A stretch of 64,000 nt of DNA, taken from the IMG/VR virus record IMGVR_UViG_3300032287_001571. One strand, given 5' to 3'. A program made the position numbers and the translations under genes. How positions within the stretch are numbered: the first letter of the stretch is position 1; the number at the start of each line of letters is the position of its first letter. Source of the DNA: an uncultured virus (IMG/VR IMGVR_UViG_3300032287_001571). Taxonomy: Duplodnaviria > Heunggongvirae > Uroviricota > Caudoviricetes. Positions 57,240 to 64,000 of the stretch are shown in pieces. The notes under the pieces are model-generated. The model saw only the letters and a program-made list of their open reading frames with translations. It made no database searches and was not told the origin of the DNA.

Positions 57240-58811
57240 GTGACCGTGTCAATATCTGAAGAAGAACTTGTTGAGCCTCTTGAAGACTTCGGGGACCCAG
57301 AGGAGTTAGACGAAACTTCTGCTGAATTCGTTGACCAACTGGTAAAGCGCATCATCATCTTCACCGAAGAATTCTGTGATGTGGAGTTCTTCCCCTATCA
57401 GGTGCCGATTGCCTACCGAATCATTGAGTCCACGATTCTCGGTGACGGTGACCTGCTCACTGTGGTGGCCACCCGTCAGTCGGGCAAATCCGAGGTCCTG
57501 TCAGCCTGTATCGCAGGCATGATGGTCATCCTCCCCAAGTTGGCGCCCATCTATCCAACATGGTTGGACAAGTTCTCCAAGGGATTCTGGGTCGGCACCT
57601 TTGCTCCGACCGAGGAACAGGCAGACACGGTGTTCGGTCGTATCGTCAGCAAGTTGACCAGCGACCATGCCCTTGAGTTCCTGCTTGACCCAGAGATTGA
57701 CGACAAGGCGACTGGTGGCGGAACCCGTGGTCGTGGTCGCCTCATCACCCTGAAGAACTCGGGCTCCCTCTGCCGTATGCAGACCTGTAACCCCAAGGCC
57801 AAGATTGAGTCCAAGACCTACCACTTGGTTCTCGTGGACGAGGCTCAGGAGGCGGATGAGGTCATGATTACCAAGTCCATCGCCCCTATGTTGGCGTTCA
57901 ACAACGGCTCCATGGTCCTCACTGGCACGGCAAACCGTTACAAGTCCTATTTCTACAAGATGATTCAGTACAACAAGCGCCGTTCTGCCAACGGTGGTCG
58001 CAAGTTCCGTGAGTCACATTTTGAGTACGACTGGCGCACTGCGGCCAAATTTAACCCTAACTATTCCAAATTCATTGCCAAGGAAAAGTTGCGCATCGGT
58101 GAGGACTCGGACGAGTTCCAGATGTCGTACTGCAACAAATTTATTCTTGAGAAAGGCATGTTCGTCACTGAGGAGCGTATGGAGCGCCTCTATGACCCGT
58201 CCATGCCGTTGGTCAAGGAATGGTGGCGCACGCCCTGTGTGGCTGGAATAGATGTGGCCCGCTCAAACGACTCCACCGTGGTGACAGTCTGCTGGGTGGA
58301 CTGGGACCATCCAGACCCGTTTGGGTTCTACGAGCACCGTGTCCTCAACTGGCTGGAAATCAACAACGAGGAGTGGGAGGCTCAGTACTTTGAGATTATT
58401 GACTTCCTGCGCCACTACGACATTCTCCGTGTAGGTGTTGACGCCCAAGGTGTTGGTGGCGCTGTGGCTGAAAGGCTCGGCCTCCTCCTGCCCAATATTG
58501 AGGTCATCCCTGTGTCATCTGACTCAAAGGCTCAGAACGAGCGCTGGGTCCACCTAACCGAACTCATCCAGAGAGAACAATTAATTCTTCCAGGACACTC
58601 CAAGGCACGGCGTAACAGGACTTGGAAGCGCTTCAACCAGCAGATGTCAGACCTGGAAAAGGTCTACAAAGGGCCCTATCTGCTTGCCGCCGCTCCCGAC
58701 GAAAAAGGGGCGTTTGACGACTATCCAGACAGTCTGGCAATTGCGTGTTCCATGACCGTCATGGACACGATGCCTGAGATTCAGGCCTCCAACAGCCCCT
58801 TCTTCAGATAG
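57240..58811 (+). CDS. terL: terminase large subunit
   Basis: TRQSGKS, LVLVDEAQ, LTGT, GIDVARSND, DDYPDSLA. Confidence 0.92.
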   Translation: MTVSISEEELVEPLEDFGDPEELDETSAEFVDQLVKRIIIFTEEFCDVEFFPYQVPIAYRIIESTILGDGDLLTVVATRQSGKSEVLSACIAGMMVILPKLAPIYPTWLDKFSKGFWVGTFAPTEEQADTVFGRIVSKLTSDHALEFLLDPEIDDKATGGGTRGRGRLITLKNSGSLCRMQTCNPKAKIESKTYHLVLVDEAQEADEVMITKSIAPMLAFNNGSMVLTGTANRYKSYFYKMIQYNKRRSANGGRKFRESHFEYDWRTAAKFNPNYSKFIAKEKLRIGEDSDEFQMSYCNKFILEKGMFVTEERMERLYDPSMPLVKEWWRTPCVAGIDVARSNDSTVVTVCWVDWDHPDPFGFYEHRVLNWLEINNEEWEAQYFEIIDFLRHYDILRVGVDAQGVGGAVAERLGLLLPNIEVIPVSSDSKAQNERWVHLTELIQREQLILPGHSKARRNRTWKRFNQQMSDLEKVYKGPYLLAAAPDEKGAFDDYPDSLAIACSMTVMDTMPEIQASNSPFFR

Positions 58812-58868
58812 GGCTCCACAAAAATGGTATTCTTGTAGAAAGTCACACACCCTCTTTAAGGAGTAATA

Positions 58869-59270
58869 GTGCCAGTTTCACCAGCCCCGATGTTCCCAGA
58901 GAAGTCCCCTACCTTCTTTGAGCCCGCCTTTGCGCCATCTATCCCGATGAACAAGGGTCCGCTCCGCTTTGAGGAGGGCGTCGCCACCGACACGGATGTT
59001 CCCCGTGACTTCGCACAGGGTGCATACATGGACACCGCACCGTCGCCACTGCGAATGAACCACAACAACCCAGAGATGTTCTACAAGCATCCTGAGCAGA
59101 CGATGGCAGAGCGTGCCCATGTGGGTGCCGCCTCGTGGATTGAGGCCCCCACGGTCCTCCGTGAGTTCGTGCAGGGCTCGGTTGCTGGCGATGCCATGCC
59201 GTACTTTGAGTACGAGTACAACACGGGTGGCCACATGAACCGCCCGAACCCAACCGTCGTCTCGGACTGA
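58869..59270 (+). CDS. hypothetical protein of the head region
   Basis: GPLRFEEGVATDTDVP; AAGGAG SD. Confidence 0.7.
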   Translation: MPVSPAPMFPEKSPTFFEPAFAPSIPMNKGPLRFEEGVATDTDVPRDFAQGAYMDTAPSPLRMNHNNPEMFYKHPEQTMAERAHVGAASWIEAPTVLREFVQGSVAGDAMPYFEYEYNTGGHMNRPNPTVVSD

Positions 59271-59273
59271 CCC

Positions 59274-59717
59274 ATGGAAGGGGAAGCGCCTTCCCTTCCA
59301 GCACAGGGCGACTCCGCAGGGCCTACCACGACCTCTGCTCTTCCTATCGCTCCTGTGTATGCTGGGGCTTCGCCAATCTATGACTTCTCTGGCTACCTGC
59401 GTTCCCGCAGGTCAGAGATGATGAGCGACCAGTTCTACAAGACTCCTGACTTGAGTGCTGAGTACGAGAACCCCTATGTGCCCCATCCGATGGGTCCCAG
59501 GGGAGGCATTGAGATTCAGCGCCACATGTCTGGCGTCGGCATCCCCTTCATGGACCCCCTGGACAACTTCAAGCCAGGTCGCCTGGAAATCAACAAGAAG
59601 TCTTCTCCTGTGCGCCGTCCCTACCGTCCTATTGACACGGGCCGCATGAGAAAGAAGGGTGCGGCGGCATACCGCAGGGCCAACAGAGAAAACGCTGACT
59701 ACGGGCAGGAGATGTAA
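59274..59717 (+). CDS. hypothetical protein
   Basis: ORF. Confidence 0.6.
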   Translation: MEGEAPSLPAQGDSAGPTTTSALPIAPVYAGASPIYDFSGYLRSRRSEMMSDQFYKTPDLSAEYENPYVPHPMGPRGGIEIQRHMSGVGIPFMDPLDNFKPGRLEINKKSSPVRRPYRPIDTGRMRKKGAAAYRRANRENADYGQEM

Positions 59718-60634
59718 TGGCTAAGGAACACCCATTTTCGGAACACGGGCTCTTTGTTCCCCCCACACACACAGCAGGTGGGATGATGCCCATTCCTGGT
59801 GGAGGAACCAACCGTAAGCGCACTCCATCAATTTCTGGCACCGAATCCCGTGTCATTAACACATTGCAGAGAAACCTCATTCGTCTGGGCACCCCTGTTA
59901 GTGAGGGGGGTCTTGCAACTCCAGAGGATATTGAGGCTGGAGATGAGTGGTATGAGGTTGGACAGTCACATGCTCGGCGTATCGGTAGAATCATGGGAGG
60001 GACACAGAGAACAGGGTCCGCTCTTATCTCATCATTGAGCCCACAAACTGAGTGGGAACAAAACTTAATTAAAGCCCATGACATAGCCACTAACAGGAGG
60101 CCAACCAGTAGTGCGGCTGGATGGGGTTCACGAAACATGGGTATTGACCCATCATGGGCTGTGGATGACCGTATTCGCAAGGCGGATGCAATCATGACCC
60201 ATGCTGAGACGGGGGGTCTTGGCGAGGGCCGCTTCAATATTCAGATGCGTGGTCGTGTGGGAAATACCCCTGTTGTTAGCCCTGATATGGTTAATCGCCC
60301 TGTGTTTGACGAAGGTCTCAAGACACACAACTTCATGGAAAACATTGACGACCCTACTAATCCCCATTTTGTAACCATTGATACACACGCACACAACGCC
60401 GCAGTTGCGTCACGGACACCATCGGCTGGAACAGGTTTAGGCTCACTTGGTAGATACGGTCTTTTTGCCCAGGCTTATCATGGTGCGGCGCAACACCTCG
60501 GAACCCTTCCACAACAAGCACAGGCACGAGTTTGGACAACATGGAAGCGAATGAATCCAATGCCTCAACGGGGCGCCAGTTTTGATGATTATTTGAAGTC
60601 TACTGGTCACTACGACAGGTATTATGGGTCGTAA
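59717..60634 (+). CDS. DUF7178-like helical (glycosylase-like) protein
   Basis: G..WY, LSPQTEW..N, KT.NF..NI, VTIDTHA, Y..AA..LG..P...QA.VW. Confidence 0.6.
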   Translation: MAKEHPFSEHGLFVPPTHTAGGMMPIPGGGTNRKRTPSISGTESRVINTLQRNLIRLGTPVSEGGLATPEDIEAGDEWYEVGQSHARRIGRIMGGTQRTGSALISSLSPQTEWEQNLIKAHDIATNRRPTSSAAGWGSRNMGIDPSWAVDDRIRKADAIMTHAETGGLGEGRFNIQMRGRVGNTPVVSPDMVNRPVFDEGLKTHNFMENIDDPTNPHFVTIDTHAHNAAVASRTPSAGTGLGSLGRYGLFAQAYHGAAQHLGTLPQQAQARVWTTWKRMNPMPQRGASFDDYLKSTGHYDRYYGS

Positions 60635-60637
60635 ACC

Positions 60638-60850
60638 ATGGACCCCGCACTCGCTACCATCGTTGTCGCCCTCATCACCACTGTCGGTGGCCTCATCGGA
60701 GTCGCAATAAAAGAGTTTCGTTCTATGAAAAGGACCAACTCTGACGACCACGGAAAAGTGATGGCACGGCTGGAGAAGGTGCAGGACAGTGTTGACCATG
60801 TTGCCGAGCGTCTTGATGACCACATTGATTGGCACCTGACGAAGAAGTAA
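60638..60850 (+). CDS. small membrane protein (holin-like)
   Basis: TM helix then N..DH...LDDHI.WH. Confidence 0.65.
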   Translation: MDPALATIVVALITTVGGLIGVAIKEFRSMKRTNSDDHGKVMARLEKVQDSVDHVAERLDDHIDWHLTKK

Positions 60851-60931
60851 GTGCTTTACAGCATGCAGTGGTTCATGCTACGATAAGTGGTGGGGAAAGT
60901 CCCCTGTACATGTACACCACAAGGAGAGACC

Positions 60932-61207
60932 ATGTCCGAGGACAAGAGGTCATTGTTTGAGGATTTGATGAGTCCTCGCACCGACAACCTGAGTCAGTGC
61001 AAAGTGAACACCATCATGTCAGCCATGGACGACAAAGACCGTGAGGCTTTCGCCAAGGCAGTGGAGATGGTCAAGGCTGACAAGGGGCAGGGCAGGTCCC
61101 GCACCTACAGCGCATCCTGGTTGACGAGCGTGCTCAAGAAGCACGGACACATCGTCAGCACCAGCACCGTTCTTCGCCATGTGACTGGAGCGTGTTCCTG
61201 TGAGTGA
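60932..61207 (+). CDS. small HTH/zinc protein
   Basis: C.V...VS.STV.RH..G.CSC; AAGGAG SD. Confidence 0.6.
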   Translation: MSEDKRSLFEDLMSPRTDNLSQCKVNTIMSAMDDKDREAFAKAVEMVKADKGQGRSRTYSASWLTSVLKKHGHIVSTSTVLRHVTGACSCE

Positions 61208-62342
61208 CCTCGCATCAGACCTCGCCACACCAGAGAACAAGGCCAAGGCACTCGGCAAACTTGTTGAGATGCTGGAGCGCCAGAACATTGACCTGGCAGA
61301 AATCGGCTCAGTACGCCGTGTGTCCCTGTACCAGTCGCTGACCAAAGACGACGAGGGGGAGGCACAGATTCATGACCTCTCAGCCATCCAGTTCTCCCCC
61401 AAGTGGGCAGAGGGGCCAGAGTGGGACCCCGTCCGTCAGGGACCAGCAATCAAGTTGCCCAAGACGACAGTCAAGACCAGCCAGTCCGACTGGAAGACCT
61501 GTGTGGTGCTACCCGATATTCAGGCGGGATTTTTCCGTGCGACCGACGGAAGCCTTGTGTCTACTCACGACCCACTTGCAATTGACTACGCCATTGCGGT
61601 CGTCAAAGCAGAGAAGCCTGATGTGGTTGCCCTCAACGGAGATAATGCGGATTTCCCCGAGTTCGGGAAGTACCGCCTCACTCCAGCGTTCGCACTTACG
61701 ACGCAGGCGACCATTGATTACCTGACCACTCTCTGCGCACGCATCAGAGATGCGGCTCCAGAGGCACGAATCGTGTGGCTGGAGGGAAATCATGAGGCTC
61801 GTCTGACCAACTACATCTTGGACAATGCCAAGGCATCGTTTGGTCTTCGCCAAGGCAACACGCCCGAATCGTGGCCCGTTCTGTCCATCCCGTTCCTTTG
61901 TCGGTTTGACGACTTCGGTGTGGAGTATCTTCCTGGCTACCCAGCGAGCCAGTTCTGGCTCAACAACCGCATCAAGATAATCCATGGGACCAAGGTTGCT
62001 TCCAACGGTTCTACTGCTCATAAGTACCTCGCTACCGAGAAGGCGTCCGTCGTGTACGGACATATCCACAGGAGGGAATGGGCCGAGCGTACCCGCAACG
62101 ACTGGGACGGGGCAAAGACTATCGCCGCCATCTCTTTCGGCTGTCTGGCCCGTGTGGACGGTGCCGTGCCGTCCACGAAGGGTGGCTCCGACCTTGACGG
62201 TCGCCCCATCACCTGCGTGGAGGACTGGCAACAGGGACTCGGAATCATCCGCTACAAGGAGGGTGACGGCCCGTTTCATCCTGAAATGCTCCCCATCCAC
62301 GATGGAGTCATGTTCTACAAGGGCAAGGTGTTTGGCGAGTGA
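61200..62342 (+). CDS. metallophosphoesterase (calcineurin-like)
   Basis: LPDIQ, NGDNAD, EGNHE, IHG, GHIHR. Confidence 0.88.
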   Translation: MSDLASDLATPENKAKALGKLVEMLERQNIDLAEIGSVRRVSLYQSLTKDDEGEAQIHDLSAIQFSPKWAEGPEWDPVRQGPAIKLPKTTVKTSQSDWKTCVVLPDIQAGFFRATDGSLVSTHDPLAIDYAIAVVKAEKPDVVALNGDNADFPEFGKYRLTPAFALTTQATIDYLTTLCARIRDAAPEARIVWLEGNHEARLTNYILDNAKASFGLRQGNTPESWPVLSIPFLCRFDDFGVEYLPGYPASQFWLNNRIKIIHGTKVASNGSTAHKYLATEKASVVYGHIHRREWAERTRNDWDGAKTIAAISFGCLARVDGAVPSTKGGSDLDGRPITCVEDWQQGLGIIRYKEGDGPFHPEMLPIHDGVMFYKGKVFGE

Positions 62343-62956
62343 CAACCATTGTCGGTATCCAAGGAGACAACTATGCTCTGGTGGCCACCGACAGTAGGGT
62401 CTCGTCCATAGACGAGTCAGGGTTCGCTTTCCAGATAACGACTCTCGGGTCTGGCACCTCCAAGGTGGCAGTCAACGGGAAGTACATTCTGGGGGCGGCT
62501 GGTGATGTCAGGGCCATCAACATCCTGCACCACGCCTTCGTACCCCCCGCTCCACCAGCCAACTCCTACGGTAGGAAACTGGACCAGTTCATCACCAGAC
62601 AGTTTATTCCGTCATTGAGACATGTCTTTGATGAGCAGGGTTACTCTTTGCCCGAGCGTGATAGTTCTAGTCACCTTGCGGAACATTCTTCAACAATTGT
62701 TGTTGTAGTCCATGGCACTTTATACATCATTGAAGGTGATTACTCATGGACATCGGATACTTCGGGCATTTACTCAATTGGGACAGGGTCATCGTATGCC
62801 CTTGGCGCCTTGCAGGCTTTAATTGGCGGTAAGAAACTGACCCCCCAGCAGGCCAAGACTGTCGCCGTAAAGGCGCTGACTGTGGCCAGCAAGTTTGACC
62901 CCTACACGGGAGCCCCGTTCCAGTCGTATGTTCAAGAACGGGAAGCCAAAAAATAG
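62339..62956 (+). CDS. Ntn-hydrolase, proteasome beta/HslV-like protease
   Basis: N-terminal MTTIVG...ATDSR, K, GAAGD, SIGTGS.YALGAL, DPYTG. Confidence 0.85.
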   Translation: MTTIVGIQGDNYALVATDSRVSSIDESGFAFQITTLGSGTSKVAVNGKYILGAAGDVRAINILHHAFVPPAPPANSYGRKLDQFITRQFIPSLRHVFDEQGYSLPERDSSSHLAEHSSTIVVVVHGTLYIIEGDYSWTSDTSGIYSIGTGSSYALGALQALIGGKKLTPQQAKTVAVKALTVASKFDPYTGAPFQSYVQEREAKK

Positions 62957-62968
62957 TACAATTGGCGC

Positions 62969-63289
62969 ATGGCACTTAATTCACAGGTCACCGACCAGAC
63001 CATCAAAGGCACCGCTGTCGGCGCTATCGCCTACTTCCTGGCCAAGTTCAACATTGACCCAGGCGCACAAGCCGCTCTCATGCCCGTCATCATCACTGGT
63101 CTGGCCTGGGCCAGCACCAAGGTTGGCGACCCCACGCAGGCGTCTTTCCTCGCCAAGGCATCCAAGGAACTCCCTGCCCTTGTGGAGGAAGTGACTGAGG
63201 CTGTTGAGGAGAAGAAGGCTGTGGCAAAGAAGGCCCCAGCCAAGAAGGCCGCACCTGCTAAGAAGGCTCCTGCAAAGCCAGCCAAGTAA
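62969..63289 (+). CDS. membrane protein with KKAPA histone-like tail
   Basis: two TM segments and (KKAPA)n; leaderless promoter. Confidence 0.65.
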   Translation: MALNSQVTDQTIKGTAVGAIAYFLAKFNIDPGAQAALMPVIITGLAWASTKVGDPTQASFLAKASKELPALVEEVTEAVEEKKAVAKKAPAKKAAPAKKAPAKPAK

Positions 63290-63951
63290 TGGCAAGCAAA
63301 AAGAAGGTTTCCTCAGACTGGGCGTTCCCTAAGTCTGACCCCGAGCAAATCGCTGAGGTCACCAAGAAGCAGGGTGGCGCCACCGTGGACATGACCACTG
63401 GCAAGTTGATGGAAACGGGGACATATGTGTCTGTTCCTGGTCATGAGAAGCGTGTCCCCGCTGAGGGATTGTCTGCGGAAGACATCAAGGAGTACTCCTC
63501 CAATCCCGAAACAGTCTCTGCTTTAACGGAGAATGCAGAACGGAAACTTGGGACATGGATTGACACCGACGAAAAGGGCAGGCCGACTGCCTTCATGGAT
63601 GTGTCGCAGGGATTCCCCAACACACCTGTTGGTAACAAGAACGCTCGTCTGGCAATGTTGGCCAACAACCAGTTTGCTGGATTCAACCTTGACACCTTCC
63701 AGTCGGAATACAACCCTGTTCAGGAAAGTGTTTTGGGCAGGGCGGGTGGAGCGCCTGAATTGCAAGAGGGAGAGGCCGAGCGCTGGGGCAATTCAACCAA
63801 GCCAATCGGTGAAGAAATAGTATATGCTTGGACAACCGAACCACAGCGAATTAGCCAAGGTAGGGGCCGTCGTAAGCATGTCATTCCTGCGAACCAAGGC
63901 ACATTTATCTTCACAGGCGACAGCGGTCAGATGTCGCCCCCCAAAAAATAA
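63289..63951 (+). CDS. hypothetical protein
   Basis: GGAT.D...G, LGTW.D, DVS, Q.A.F.L. Confidence 0.65.
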   Translation: MASKKKVSSDWAFPKSDPEQIAEVTKKQGGATVDMTTGKLMETGTYVSVPGHEKRVPAEGLSAEDIKEYSSNPETVSALTENAERKLGTWIDTDEKGRPTAFMDVSQGFPNTPVGNKNARLAMLANNQFAGFNLDTFQSEYNPVQESVLGRAGGAPELQEGEAERWGNSTKPIGEEIVYAWTTEPQRISQGRGRRKHVIPANQGTFIFTGDSGQMSPPKK

Positions 63952-63964
63952 GGGCAGTAACTAA

Positions 63965-64000
63965 ATGGCAATGGATTTTTGGTCACCGTCTTACCGAGCG
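63965..64000 (+). CDS. probable start of the portal protein (truncated by window end)
   Basis: MAMDFWSPSYRA resembles, from memory, portal N-termini of large actinophage myoviruses; lies downstream of terL. Confidence 0.4.
   Translation, partial: MAMDFWSPSYRA

Overview
This is a 64-kb segment of a large lytic tailed-phage genome, with no host genes or integrase seen. The host is most likely an actinomycete, given two WhiB proteins, an Rpf-like transglycosylase, a proteasome-beta-like protease and pervasive leaderless genes. The gene content recalls large actinobacteriophage myoviruses. Layout: (1) 1-11.6 kb (+) replication/recombination: DnaB, primase, SNF2, SSB, PolA, RecA, Cas4-like, resolvases and SpoVS. 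(2) 11.6-17.6 kb (+) a run of small proteins, several sharing N-terminal peptide tags (MPRGxDTSxHPNRQV; NHRG). (3) 17.6-23.3 kb (+) nucleotide and regulatory genes. (4) 23.3-36.8 kb (-) an early-type operon of small genes, punctuated by four type II hammerhead ribozymes and two copies of a 4-way-junction element, and preceded by a ~850-nt highly structured non-coding leader with boxB/boxA-like signals. (5) 37.7-38.5 kb a G-rich, palindrome-rich divergent intergenic region. (6) 38.5-46.6 kb (+) an array of stand-alone GNAT, ADP-ribosyltransferase and ParB-like effector genes; most carry an N-terminal 'xxQF' tag and the first six are preceded by a conserved promoter repeat. (7) 46.7-57 kb tail-fibre, glycosyltransferase and lysin genes. 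(8) four tRNAs, the terminase large subunit and head-region genes up to a probable portal start. All calls come from reading the sequence by eye; no searches were run.
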